DNA of 64,000 nt from Octopus vulgaris (taxonomy: Eukaryota), in contig OX597814.1 in NCBI GenBank assembly GCA_951406725.2, positions 222,766,001 through 222,830,000 of the forward strand, written 5' to 3'. The number at the start of each line of letters is the position of its first letter. Positions within the stretch are counted from its first letter, which is position 1. The notes beneath the pieces were generated by a model that worked only from the letters and a program-made list of their open reading frames with translations, made no database searches and was not told where the DNA came from. Of this stretch, positions 14,189-28,937 are shown piece by piece. Position numbers and translations under genes: made by a program.

Positions 14189-15125
14189 AGAATTTACGGT
14201 GATCTCGAAAGTACTCACCGATTATATGAAATTATATTAGTTACATTTAACTTTGAAATCTCAGTAAAATGCAGGTTTAACTTATCAGGCATAAAGACTT
14301 AAGCGTGGATGTTCTGTTACTACAAACTGTACTGCAGTAAATATCATGAGAGAAACTCTCATATTAGTTTTTGATGCAATAAACACTCTTGTTAATATAA
14401 CTATCGGGGATATCGCTAACGGAAAGATAAAAGACCAGGGGTATAAAAAACGAATTTGTGCAGTAGAAGAAAGTAATAAATACAGGTCATTGACATTTTA
14501 TTTAAAATATCTGTCAGTGGAGATTAAATATCAGCTGCTACTCTCATTCATACTATCTCATACAATCAATTTAACAGATTCACTCTTTTCCGCATACGTG
14601 ATCAGGCGTCGAGCTTCAAATCAGGAATAAGTTTTCTGAGAGCTTAAGGTCTACCTTGTGGAAAATGCATTATGATTGCCTTTAATTCAGCAATTTTCAA
14701 AGATGTGTTTAGTTGATAAATCAATTTCAGTATTTGAGTGGTACGTAATGCTAACAACTCTGCATTTACGGATAACAAACCCGCCGGTGTTAAATCCGGA
14801 GGAAAGCAAAGCGTAGCATGCATTTTCATCCATGTAATTTTGTGGATATTTTTATTTAGGTATATGTGTGTACATATCATATAGAATTATATTATATTGT
14901 GTGTATGTTTGAGCATTTTACTAACCAGATTCCTGCATCAAATGCTGCTGCGGTGAGTGTCTGATCTTTATATATATATACATGCATACAACGGCGATGC
15001 CCTAGCTTTCCTGCATCTCTCATAGTGAAGCTAGTTAAAGATTTACACACACACACACACGTAGAGAGAGACAGATAAAATTTACTTGGAAGAGGATGCT
15101 GGCCGTTCAGTCATATAATAATATA

Positions 15126-15175
<50 letters not shown>

Positions 15176-15376
15176 ATAAGTACATAATTACATCTATATA
15201 TGGGCACAGGAAGCATGAAATGTGTACAACAAAAAATACAAAGTACGAGTACATGGAATATAAACTATTTTCTCGAACAACGAAATACACAAATGGAAAA
15301 TAAGACAAACAACATGAAGAACAACCCTTCATCAGTTGTTAGCTGTTTCCTACTCTTGTATTTCGAGCATTATATG

Positions 15377-15412
<36 letters not shown>

Positions 15413-16245
15413 GGAGTAAACACATAAATGTGAAACAAGGTAAAAAGAGTATCAAATATGGTATATATATAAAGCAGCAGAAAATTCATAAATAAAGTAT
15501 ATATATATATATATATATATATAAACATATATATACAGAGAGAGAGAGTGGGGAGAGAGAGAGAATGGTAGTGCCCCAGCTTTGCCGAATGTCTCATACT
15601 GAAGCTAGTTAAAAATTTATATATGTGTGTGAGTGTGTGTGTGCGTATGTGTGTGTAATAATATATATATATACATATATATGTAAATATATTTATACAC
15701 TCATACACGCCTACACCCACACACATATTATACTCATACAGTCAGTCATATGAGACTAAATGCGAATATCATTTATATTGCCGTGCATGTTTATGCATAC
15801 ATATGTGTGTCTAATCACAAAAGAAACGAAGTTGAAATAACCCTATCCTTCCCACTGTCCTCTGCCATTGAACAAGCGCAACTCTATTAAATTGATCGAG
15901 ACACTTATTCACGCCAAAGACGCGAACAGAAATATGTACATAAAATAAATAAAAACAAAGATTAGTCAAGCACCGAGTATTGAGGTCATCACTCGGTGAA
16001 GCTGTTTATGTCCATGAAATTAATGAAAATATAAATAAATTGATGAAAATTGCTGAAGGTTAATAAAGGAACGGAAGAAACTGAACCCATATTGAAAAGA
16101 AGCAATTATAAAATAATGCTTTGAAGGCGAGCAGCCGATATGAACCAACTTCACATGCGTTTTCTTTTTCTGTTCTTCCATTTTTTCTTTCGTAGTAAAG
16201 CTGTATTTTTAAATCTTATTCTTGAATATGAACTTCTAAAATATT

Positions 16246-16813
16246 CTTTACTACTGAATTTTTGATGACAGGAGGCCGGTCGATTACATCGATCCCAGTA
16301 CGCTACTGGTACTTAATTTATTCACCCCGAAAGGATGAAAGGCAATGTCGACCTCGGTGGAATTTGAACTCAGAACGTAAAGACAAACGAAATACCTATT
16401 TCTTTACTACCCACAAGGGGCTAAATACAGAGAGGACAAACAAGGACAGACAAAGGGATTAAGTCAATTATATCGACCCCAGTGCGTAAGTCGTACTTAT
16501 TTAATCGACCCCGAAAGGATGAAAGGCAAAGTCGACCTCGGCGGAATTTGAACTCAGAACGTAGCGGCAGACGAAATACCTATTTCTTTACTACCCACAA
16601 GGGGTTAAACACAGAAGGGACAAACAAGGACAGACCAACGGATTAAGTCGATTACATCGACCCCAGTGCGTAACTGGTAGTTATTTATTCGACCCCGAAA
16701 GGATGAAAGGCAAAGTCGACCTCGACGGAATTTGAACTCAGAACGTAACGGCAGACGAAATACCGATAAGCATTTCGTCCGAAGTGTTTACGTTTCTACC
16801 AGCTCGCCGCCTT
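16246..16813 (-). mobile_element. SINE family B with internal ~184-bp tandem units
   Basis: CGAAATACCTATTTCTTTACTACCCACAAGGGG at ~16388 and ~16572. Probable TSD CTTCTA(A/C)AATATT at 16233-16245 and 16818-16830. Confidence 0.93.
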
Positions 16814-17311
16814 AGCTCTTCTACAATATTAGTTGCTGTTAGCTGATTCCTTTTAGCTGATGTTTATTTTGCTCCACTGATTGTTATTTAACGAATGAGT
16901 GTGACTGACATAGTAGAAAGCAACACAAAATAAATAACACCGCTAAATATTTTCAGTTAGATTTTTCGCTCACAAATCTGGATTAACTCACAAGCTACGA
17001 GGCTCACACTTGCCTTAGCTGTCGCTTAAGAATTGTGATTAGATCAAGGCACACACTCTGGAAAAGAATTGTATTATTTCTATTTATCTGGTCTAAGCGT
17101 ATTTTTATTATCGTAATACCAGCATGATCAAAAACTGTGACTCTTTTATTCAGAATGTAGACGCGTTTTCTTTAGAATTAGAGCATTTCAAAAGAAGACG
17201 GAAGAATAAAGAAAACAAATTCACATAGCAGATCTGAACAAATGAAACAAAAAAAAAGGATAAAGATCCCTGCCCAACCACTTCAACTTCCTCTCACTAT
17301 AGGCACACACA

Positions 17312-17359
<48 letters not shown>

Positions 17360-17434
17360 TAAAACTTTACGCACGCCTAGAGACGTACACATATACATAC
17401 ACATGTTAATACACCCGTTAAAATATGAATATAT

Positions 17435-17833
17435 TAAGGTGGCGAGCTGGCAGAACCGTTAGCACGCCGGGCGAAATGCTTAGCAGTATTTCGCCTGTCG
17501 TTACGCTGTGAGCTCAAATTCCGCCGAAGTCGACTTTGCGTTTCATCCTTTCGGGGTCAATTAAAAAAGTACTAGTTCCGCACTGGGGTCGATATAATCG
17601 ACTTAATCCGTTCGTCTGTCCTTGTTTGTCCCCTCTGTGTTTAGCCCCTTGTGGGTAGTAAAGAAACAGCTATTTCTTCTGACTTTACATTCTGAGTTCA
17701 AATTCCGCTGTGGTCGAATTTGCCTTTCATCCTTTCGGGGACGATAAATTAAGTACCAGTTGCGTACTGGTTCGATCTAATCGTCTGGGCCCCTCTCCAA
17801 AAATTTGAGGCCCTGTGCCTAGAGTAAAAAAGA
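17435..17833 (+). mobile_element. SINE family B (head + one unit + terminal tail module)
   Basis: Starts AAGGTGGCGAGCTGGCAGAA; contains GACTTTGC.TTTCATCCTTTCGGGG twice; ends TGTGCCTAGAGTAAAAAAG. Confidence 0.93.
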
Positions 17834-19563
17834 CTATAAGGAAATGCAGTGTTCATTCCTCTTGCAACACTTCAAAATCTGTAATTTGAGTTCGATTGAC
17901 TCCTCAGCGTTTGTATTTATTTTTGCCACGATCAAGCAATTTTTTGCGCGCGCGCGCGTCTGCGTATTTGTGTTGTATTGTGTATATGTGCGTGCGAGCG
18001 TGTGTGTGTATATGTGTCTACGTCTGTGTTTGTTTATGAGTGTGACCATTATTCAACGTATGTGTATGTTCCTGTGAATCGATATATTAGTGCTTGCTAC
18101 GTGTTTTGAAGGCTTTTGACACGTAAGTTTTATCAGGTCAAACTACCATGTAGAGACTAGGTTACTGCTTTCACAACAGTTAATCCCTCATGGAACATAT
18201 CTATAATAAACCTTTCTGCCAGCTCGCCGCCTTACTACAGTTCCTTATAAGCAAAAAAAAAAGATAGACAGTATGGCTACGGCACGACACATCTTTCGTG
18301 GTCTGCTCGATCGCAAGTATTCTTTTGTTTAACCTCAACAACTATACACTAATCTATATATTCTGCCTTACCTTTAAAATACTCTGTTGTGTCTGGGGAG
18401 AGTCGTTTTCTTTTTGTGTCTTTCAATGTAACACACTCACCAGTAAAATTTCCACTTTTTTTTTTCTTATTTTTATTTTCCAAAACATTCGTTACGTCTT
18501 GCAAGCTTTTGAATAGTTTTGACTCTAAAATACTGTTTTTCAGAAATATTTTTCACTTTAAAATACTGTTTTTCAGAAATGCAAAGTAAATAATGGAATT
18601 GCTACTCCTGTCCATTCCCTGTCTAGTCGTTATTGGGAAGACTTATTAAAAAAGCATAGCAGTCGTTGATATCTCAAATTATCGATATGATAGTAGTCGC
18701 TCGTAGTCCGAGAAAGATGGTTCTGAAATTTCATGTTTAAACATCACAAAATGATTTGTTACTAGTGATAAAATGATAGTGCTCACGTAAACTCACTTTT
18801 TGTGTCAATCGACATTGCCTGTAAAAGGAATTTTCCTTCAGTGAGTTGTCCGATGATACATAAACATTATAGTAATGTTTTTCACACGGCCAGTTAACAT
18901 TAGCAGTATTTTTTCAACAAACTGTTTAACCATACATAACAAGTCTTGTTACACATTTCTATATCCGTATATTATCGACAAATTAGCAAGCCACTGATGT
19001 TGTTGAACTAATTAGATGACCTCTGTAATTCTACTTAAATTTCCAATTGTACTTTCGCTACAATTATTAACCTCCTTTTCCTCTTCTCTGTCTCGTTAAA
19101 ACAGGATTCTTCTAAATTTTTTCCTTCTGTATCATCCTAGCATTCTTCTAGAACCGAAGCCCTTACTAATTGGATTCTTACTCTACATACGATTGGTGTT
19201 ATCTCCGAGCAAGGCTTAATAAGGAAGTAAACTGACAAGAGAGGAAAGGGAGAAGAAGAGAGAGAGTATGTATGTGTTTGTGTGAGCGTGTGTGTGAAGA
19301 AGAATGACTGATAAGACACAGAGAGAAATTACATACTAACAAATTGTCTCTTTTTATGGCATCTCGATTGGGCATCATGGCGATGACCGTCATCATCATC
19401 ATCTTAATTTCAATTTCTTGAGGATTTCATTGACATTTACAGGCGGAAGGTTTTAAGACGAATTCCTCCCATTGCTCTCTTAATGTCAATTATTGTTGTA
19501 GCGTTTATTACTTTCATTTCTAGGTTTCATTATGGTTACGAAGATTCTGATGATTGAGGGCGA

Positions 19564-19623
19564 ATGACGATGATGATGATGATGATGATGATGACGACGA
19601 CGATGATGACGATGACGATGATA

Positions 19624-19672
<49 letters not shown>

Positions 19673-19697
19673 CGACGATGATGATGATGATAATGAT
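19564..19697. repeat. (GAT)n/(GAC)n microsatellite
   Basis: Directly visible. Confidence 0.97.
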
Positions 19698-19853
19698 CTA
19701 TGTCGTGTTTTGACATTTAGCATGTTATCTTAGTTCTTGCCCTAAATCACCACATAGCAAGGGAAGCCCAAAGGTCATCACCTTTTTTCTTTTACCAGGA
19801 ACTCTTTTCAAAGAAAGATATATGGATACGCCTGGAGATATGTGTGTGTGTGT

Positions 19854-19892
<39 letters not shown>

Positions 19893-19968
19893 CTTTTTTT
19901 CTGTTGTTTGCAGGTATTTATATACATGTGTGGGTATGTATTTGTGTGTGTGTTTGTGCATATGTGTC

Positions 19969-20004
<36 letters not shown>

Positions 20005-20179
20005 AGAGAGTGGGGTGTTTGCTTCTCCGTGAATATAAGTATGCATGAGTATGGATGATTGAGAACGAGCACGCATGGTTGCATTTCGATGTAATTTGAG
20101 GGCAAGAATAAGAAGGACGGGAGATGACAACGATTTAGGAAACTAATAATGTATGTCAGTTGTCAGGCTGAGGAAGTTC

Positions 20180-20353
20180 AGATGTACATATACAAACATA
20201 CGTGCATACATACATACATACATACATACATACATACATACATACATACATACATACATACATACATACATACATAATACATACATACATATATACATAC
20301 ATACATACATACATACATACATACATACATACATACATACATACATACATACA

Positions 20354-20384
<31 letters not shown>

Positions 20385-20870
20385 GAATATATATACATAC
20401 AGACATGCAAAAGTTCATACAGGCCAACATTACACACATATGCACACACATACACACACAAGGACACACACACACACACACACAAACACAAGTTTATCAT
20501 TTAAATATATATGAACATGTCTAGATATGTAACACTATGCCTAAGAATACATACAAAAAACATACAAATCGGCACATGCATACATAAATACATACATACA
20601 TACACACACACATACATACATACATACATACATACATACATACATACATGCATACATACATACATACATACATACATACAAACAAAAATACCCTGTTGTT
20701 GATGTTGAAAATCCAATGAATGAGCCTTGGATCTAGGCTATAAACCGGTTCTTTCTCTGTTGGAAAGAAATCTTGAAATAAACTAAATAATGACATACAC
20801 ACGTATAAGCAAAACATACATGCATGCTTGTATGCATATATAAATGCATATATGCATATGCATATATACA

Positions 20871-20904
<34 letters not shown>

Positions 20905-21060
20905 CATACATACATACATCCATGCATGCACACATACATACATGCATGCATGAATACATAAACACATACATTCATAAATACATACATGCATAAAAACATG
21001 CATACATACATACATATATACATACATGCATGCATACACACACGTGCGGTTGCATACAAG
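20180..21060. repeat. (CATA)n-rich microsatellite region
   Basis: Directly visible; produces the HTYI/MYVC pseudo-ORFs. Confidence 0.93.
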
Positions 21061-21378
21061 TATCTATGCATGAATATAGAAGTTGCATGTGCATTTGCGT
21101 ATGCGTGTTTGTGAGTATTTGTGTGTTTGTGAGTATTTGTGTGTTTGTGTGTATGTGTGTGCGCCTGTGTGCATGTGTATGTGTTTGTGTGATTTGTGTG
21201 CTTTTGTGTATATGTTTAAGTAATAGTATTTATTTGTCTCAATCTGCAATTCCCATATGTCTTCAGTGATATTTGCCCAGTCACAAACCCTCTCAAAAAA
21301 CAAAGACACATATACATACGTTCATCCATGCATACTTAAAAACATATGTACGTTCATATAGACACACATCACACACAC

Positions 21379-21416
<38 letters not shown>

Positions 21417-21816
21417 CACATACACTCATACACACACATATGCTCAGAGTCATTACTGGTAGATTCATTGAGAGAAAAATCCAGGTCGAATTTTTCCTGT
21501 TCCAAATTACTAAAGTTTATCCAAATGTGTACGTAAATATACATATGGGATTTTAATAACCGTTTACTTATATATGAGTTTTTATGTGGGTATATGAGAA
21601 CGTATCAATTTACGTATAAATTTTTTTTGTGTGTGTGAACGATCTTTAAAGTGTTAAGTGTGTACTACACCTGTAACATGAATTTTTAGCATACAAGTAT
21701 TTGCACCAAGAAGACAAATTTTTATTTTAAACTCTGCGTGTGTGCGCGCGTGTGCGCGTCTGTATATGGAAACGTACATATAGACACAGTGTGATTCCAT
21801 GTTATATATCTATCTA

Positions 21817-22000
<184 letters not shown>

Positions 22001-22852
22001 CATATATATATGTATATATCTAGATATGGAAATATATATATATGAATGTTTACATATATTAAACATAATCTTAAACACATATACACATATAGGTGTATAT
22101 GCATATGTGTATGCATCTATATAAATTCATTTGAAAAATGCATAAATACATAATTGTTGAGAAAGATACGCATTCAAACATACATATATGTAAATGTATG
22201 TATAATCTTAATATATCTCGATGTGTATATTTCCAAATATGTGTGTGCATGTGCGTATGGGGGAAGGCATACTGGTATATGATTCGTGCATGCATATAAA
22301 TATATTACTTATTATTTTTTTCCGTTCCTTTCACGAGCATATGTAAAAGAAATAAACTAGGAACTGTTTTATCTGGAATTTTTAGACAGGAGTGCCGAAT
22401 CGATATCTTGAAATAAATAAATAAGTAACAATCTGATTCCCTCTATCCCGAAACCACATGCGCACAGGAGCACGCAGGCACACACACAAGCACACAGTCA
22501 TACACACAAACACACACACACACACACACATACACGCATGTACAGATACAGATACACACACATACCTCCCAAACACACACACGGTCGAACTGAAGCGTGC
22601 ATACTATCTCCAACCTTTCGTATGAAAGAAACTTATAGAGTAAAAATGATACAGGGTGGAATGACATTAAAATTTGAAAAGAACTTTCGTTTTTATTCCT
22701 CTTTACTATACAAAGAATTATATTACAATGAAAAATAAACAAAAATGTTGGCTTTCTACATACATATACCTATGTGTATGTGTGTGCGTCCGTGTGCTTA
22801 TGTATGCATATATATACATTTGTATGTATAGATATATATATATATATATATT

Positions 22853-22908
<56 letters not shown>

Positions 22909-23849
22909 CATACAGATATATACATATTTATACATATATATATATGTTTACCAATTTGTGTTGCAGGATTCCTGATGTGAAACCGTGTGTATATGTATGT
23001 GTATATATATATATATATATACACATATACATGCAAGGTGAGCAAAAATGTACGTACCCCGTTATACACGTATATACACATATGCATAAGCATAAAACAT
23101 ATTATATATATATATATATATACACACAAACATGTATTTGTATATATAAATTTTCTCCGGTAATAAATAGTAATATAAAATCAATACAGGAATCGGATAC
23201 ATTAAATATACGTATGTCTATTAGAAGATTTTCTATACATTTATATTATTTTGTAAGATCAGATAATGAGAAAGGGTAGGAAATATATAGATTTGTTTAC
23301 GGGCAATGTTTGTAAATGCATATGAAATCTGTTGATAAGGCGATCAGAAAATTGAATGGAATGAGAAAATGAAAAAGCGGAAATCTAAATTTGAAAAACA
23401 CCGATTCTATAACACATCGGACGTTTATTGATCTGTTTATTTATTTTCTAAATAAACATACATGTTTCCTAATAGTGTGTGTACGTGTACATACGTATGT
23501 AATTCTATGCAGATATAAGTATGAATATATGTGTATTGATACATAAATATATGCATAGCCATGTATTACTATGTGTGTCCGTGCGTCTGTCTGTGGGGAC
23601 AGCGTGTGTGTGTGTGTGTGTTGAAAAAGATAAAGTGAAAGGCAGTTTGCGGTGATGCTTGGTAAATGCACAATACAAAGATAGCATATCTGAGTTCCAT
23701 AAATGAAACACATCGGATAATATCAATTATGTGTGTGTATATGTCTGAATGTATACAGATGTATATGTATGTGTGTGAGTGTGTGTACATACCAACACAC
23801 ACACACACACATATAAACCCGCATATATGAATACACACACACTCACACA

Positions 23850-23907
<58 letters not shown>

Positions 23908-24163
23908 TATATATATATATGCATATATATGTGTGTGCGTGTATATATATGCACATACGTAGAAAACAACAAACATGCATAAATACATACATATGTACAT
24001 ATATACATACAAACACACATACATACATGCATGCTTACGTATACACATACATACAGACATGCATACATACATACATGCATACATACATACATACATACAT
24101 ACACACGCGCATACACACACGCATACATACATACATACATACATACATACATACATACATACA

Positions 24164-24197
<34 letters not shown>

Positions 24198-24603
24198 ACC
24201 AATGCTGTACATTCATCAATGTTACATCGCTCACAAAGACGATCAGGTTGTCGCTGTATGTACTTTCGAAAACCTATGCAGGTACTTCTCTGTTGAGAGA
24301 TAATGTTTCATGGAAGCTCTAGACTGTACTTCCTAAATGACAGCTGCAAGCAAAATTTTACAGAAGAAATGAAACGTAACAATTCATTAACAATTGTTTT
24401 TCTGCATATTTGTAAACTATCTACGGCTGCATATACGTAAATTACGACACAAATTGAGAGGTCAAGCTCAGATGTATATTTCCAGGATATAGGAGTGGAT
24501 CAACATTCATATTTATTAATCAGCTGCAGAAAGTAATTCATTAAGTAACAAAGACTAATACATTTAATATTTGTTTAATTTTGAAATATTTTTTCAAACA
24601 TTG

Positions 24604-24630
24604 TATGAGGTGGTGCTGAAAATTTCCTGG
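24604..24630 (+). mobile_element. Possible mariner-type TIR fragment
   Basis: TATGAGGTGGTGCTGAAAATTTCCTGG resembles TA-CGAGG...GAAAAGT mariner termini; no partner TIR seen. Confidence 0.35.
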
Positions 24631-24662
24631 AGGATCGTAAGAACGTACATGAGGAACGTAAG

Positions 24663-24897
24663 AAGGCGGCGAGCTGGCAGAAATGTTAGCACGCCGGGCG
24701 AAATGCTTAGCGGTAGAAGAAATGGGTATTTCTTCTGTCGCTACGTTCTGAGTTCAAATTCCGCCGAGGTTGACTTTGCCTTTCATCCTTTCGGAGTCGA
24801 TTAAATAATTACCAGTTACGCACTAGGGTCGATATAATCGACTTAATCTGTTTGTCTGTCCTCTGTGTGTAGCCCCTTGTGGGTAGTAAAGAAATAA
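24663..24897 (+). mobile_element. SINE family B, one-unit copy
   Basis: AAGGCGGCGAGCTGGCAGAAA head, B box GAGTTCAAATTCC, ends GGGTAGTAAAGAAATA. Confidence 0.93.
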
Positions 24898-25366
24898 GAT
24901 TTTATTCAGCATATTTTCCTCTCAGATTTACACATTTATTCAGTTTTTCCAAGTCCCGTAAAAGAATTCGGGAGTTTAAACCTCCATCCATACTTTTCGG
25001 GATATCCTTAAAGCCAAGAATTATTCGCCACCACTTCATGAGAGAATTAATATCATGTTCCCTATAGTTGAATTGTACGACTGCGTGCGTATGTGTGTGC
25101 GCGCGCGTGTGTGTGCGCGCGCGTATGTGTGCATGAACGTGTGTATATGTGTGCGCCTGTGTTCACTGGTTTGTTGCATACTGGTTTTCTTATTCTATAG
25201 TGCTGGGAATCTAAAATATACTTATATACGGTTAGGACATTATTTTACAGTGTTTTACAAAGTTTACCTACAACTTGCAGATTATTTCATTTCTCGAACA
25301 GCCAAGACGGATCATGATTTATGTTGTCGCTATTTACTAAACGGGCTGAATCTAAACACGATTTTA

Positions 25367-25515
25367 CCGGTGGTCGACTTTGCCTTCCATCCTATCGGGG
25401 TCGATAAATTAAGTACGAGTTACGCACTGGGGTTGATGTAATCGCCTTAATCCCTTTGCCTGTCCTTGTTTGTCCCTTCTATATTTAGCCCCTTGTGGGT
25501 AATAATGTAATAAGA
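25367..25515 (+). mobile_element. SINE family B, 5'-truncated
   Basis: GGTCGACTTTGCCTTCCATCC...AGCCCCTTGTGGGT. Confidence 0.88.
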
Positions 25516-26448
25516 TAGATAGAAGATATCTGAAATCTTGTTTGCACTCATTCCTCCCATCCATTATGCTCCTACTGCTACGTTGTAGCTCCAGTATAAA
25601 CAGTTTCTGTTAATAAATTACAAACGTTCACTAGGTTCTGCTGGATTTCAGACACTTCCATCGACTTTCGAAATCACTCCTTTCAGAGAAAACTTTTCCT
25701 GAACGCAATTTCATTCCTATTTCACTTGTTATGAGCTTCTCTTTGTTTGTTTCTTTCTCTCTCTCTTTCTTTCTTCAATTTTGTATTTTTTTTTCTCGCA
25801 TATTGAAATACGAGTGACAAGTGGTAGATGGATAACGAGAAAGTGCCTATCAAATATTTCTCTATTATCAGTAAGGAGGAGTTTCCAGTTTGATGTTCCC
25901 TTACACTTCCCGGAATTTTTCAATAAAGAAAACCACGTCATAGTAGCAAGTCAAACAAAGTTCAGTGCTGATGATTCATGGATTATTGATTTGTTCTCCT
26001 CCGAAATTTATTTATTCATTAATTTATTTATTTTTGTCAGAACTGAACCGAAGTGGTTGTCAATGTCGGTGATAAATGAGAGAAGACGTGTGTGTTCTCC
26101 CATCGCTGGAGACGAAATCCGTCACACGTTTATTTATTTATGATATATTAAATTAAGTGATATATTTCGGTGGTAGGAAGAAAACTACACTGAGAGAATA
26201 AGAAAACACTTGATACTTATATTTTTATTAATTTATTTATTCCACACGAAGAGAGAGTAAAAATGACATAAGCCGAATATCTAAAGAAATAGAAGAGGCG
26301 GAAGTGAAATATTGATATTATTCGGTTTGCTTTTTCTAACGTTTAGATTTATGACTGATATTTTCCGTATATCTTTTCAGATACACTTACAACTAAATAG
26401 CTATACATACACTCAAAGATAGATAAACATTGATGACATATATGTCTG

Positions 26449-26770
<322 letters not shown>

Positions 26771-26898
26771 TATACATATATACATACATACACATACACA
26801 CACATACGATAGGTGTTCGTAAATTCCTAAATATATATATGTATATCTCTCTATTTACATTTGTATGTGTATGTGTGCGGGTGTACTTATATATACAT

Positions 26899-26933
<35 letters not shown>

Positions 26934-27438
26934 AGAAATATCAGGATGTTTTTCCACAATAGGTATTGTAGCAGGTACTTTTCTCGCGTTTAGTATATCC
27001 GTCTCATTTTTGGGGTTTGACCTATTTATCTCTAGAAGTTGTAATCCTATCACCCTTTATTTTGTATGCTTCGACTTGGTGGACCACCGGGATTTCACTT
27101 TTTTTCCCCTCCTGAAAACTCCCGCTCGAAGTCTTGCTTCAGTCACTGCAATCTAGATCGGGTCTCAGGTGTCATGGAATACACCTTGTAGCTTTTTACG
27201 GTTGTTTGTGCTCCAACCAATGTTCTGCAAGAAAACATAGGTGAGCTTGCTGGGAAACGCAGTGGGCGATTTCAAAGATGACTGAGACTGCATAATATCA
27301 TTTGAAAAGCGCCTCATCAAACAAGCCCTGCAGTTTGGTTTCCTGCAATTAATAAGAAACAGCTAGTTTGTTTTCACAAACGACTCTGATCGTATTTTCT
27401 GATACTGGAGAGGTGAATAATGTTGGGCTGGAGTAGTA

Positions 27439-27485
<47 letters not shown>

Positions 27486-27657
27486 TGGGGGGGTGACCGT
27501 GTCTGTGTATTAATTATTTATGAATTTAATCATTTATATTTATATATATATAAATTTAAGATGAGGGTGAGAAATTAGATATTAATTTAATTAACATCGA
27601 TTTCTCACCAGTGGTCTAGCATATAAAAAAGCTGAAGGTTCAGTAATATATATATAG

Positions 27658-27892
27658 GTCGTATATATGTATATATATATGTTTGTGTGTCTGTGTTTGT
27701 TCCCCTAGCATTGCTTGACAACCGATGCTGGTGTGTTTATATCCCCGTCACTTAGCGGTTCGGTAAAAGAGACCAATAGAATAAGTACTGGGCTTACAAA
27801 GACTAAGTCCCGGGGTTCAGTTGCTCGAGTAAAGGCGGTGCTCCAGCATGGCCGCAGTCAAATGACTGAAACAAGTTAAAGAGAAAGAGTAA
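27658..27892 (+). mobile_element. SINE family A, 5'-truncated
   Basis: Matches 41810-42040 closely. Confidence 0.92.
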
Positions 27893-28412
27893 TATGTATA
27901 TAATATATATATATATATATGTATACATATGCATTTATAGCTTGGTAGATTGGTATAGATATAGAATTACATACATATACACATATGTATTTGCACATGT
28001 CGATGCTCAGATGTACATACATGTCTGTGTGTGTGTGTGTGCGCGCGCGTGTGTTTGCACATTCAATTCTGTAAGAATAATGATAAGGTACAAAACGCAA
28101 ACATATTGAGGAATCCAAAAGATACACTTCAATACAACAGAAAGCACGGTACACCAACATTTCTGATACATATACAAAGAGTTGCGTTCACCAAAGTAGC
28201 GAAAGCTCAGGTTAACATAAGAACACTGAAAATTTCTTTTCGCAGAGAACATAGCAACAAGCATAACTAGATTGTTTCTTCAAAGGAATTCACTATAAAA
28301 TTTGAAATACATGAGTAGAAGCTTGAGCTGGTGATAAGAAATAATGTTTATCTATTTCTCACCAACGTTTGCGCTGCTTCTGCTGAATTTTTTCTGATCG
28401 TGCGACGAAATG

Positions 28413-28937
28413 TTTTCTCACGAGAGTTTCCAGATCTCAGTAGTGAACTCATTTGCATACGGCCAATCAGAGCTCACCTTGACCTTGTTGTAAGTTTAAC
28501 AAACACACTCTACCAAGTAAACTCAAGAGGAAGAACAGTGTTGTAAGTCGACTGATCGCCAAGTTATGCCTGATTTTAGAAGGAGACAAGTATTTAGATA
28601 GATTTGCATCTATACCTATTATCGGGTATTGTTAGGGACCCATGTGGCATAAAAATGATGATGATGGGAAATATGTGGGTAGAGGGTGATGTGCTAGTAA
28701 CCCTGTCTCCTTAGTGTTTTACAAAGTAAACAACACAAATAACTAGGCAGCCATGGTTGAAACAAGATCAAGAAGCATTATTAAAAGAGAAACCAAACAT
28801 GGTCATTCCTTACCCATGTGACCTTATTTTATCGCCCATCACTTGTTATGCGCTCATAAATTAGTTTTATAGTTGAGCTCTGATTGGCTGTATGCAAATG
28901 AGTTCATAACTGGGGTCAGGAACTCTCGTGAGGAAAA
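28413..28937. mobile_element. MITE-like element with ~64-bp imperfect inverted repeats
   Basis: 28413-28476 (TTTTCTCACGAGAGTTTCCAGATCTCAGTAGTGAACTCATTTGCATACGGCCAATCAGAGCTCA) is the approximate reverse complement of 28874-28937; non-coding interior; no TSD identified. Confidence 0.75.

Noticed and set aside
15190-15370. Reverse-complement CTGATGA near GAAACAGCT
   Set aside because: Order and stems do not give a convincing hammerhead; probably a repeat stub.
16246-16813. CRISPR-like periodic array
   Set aside because: Units are ~184-bp whole repeats with no unique spacers, in eukaryotic DNA with no cas genes.
26930-27350. Possible decayed RTE-type LINE 3' end on the minus strand (RRGKKVKSRW, (TCA)n tail)
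   Set aside because: Only one weak motif and no sustained frame; needs BLASTX.
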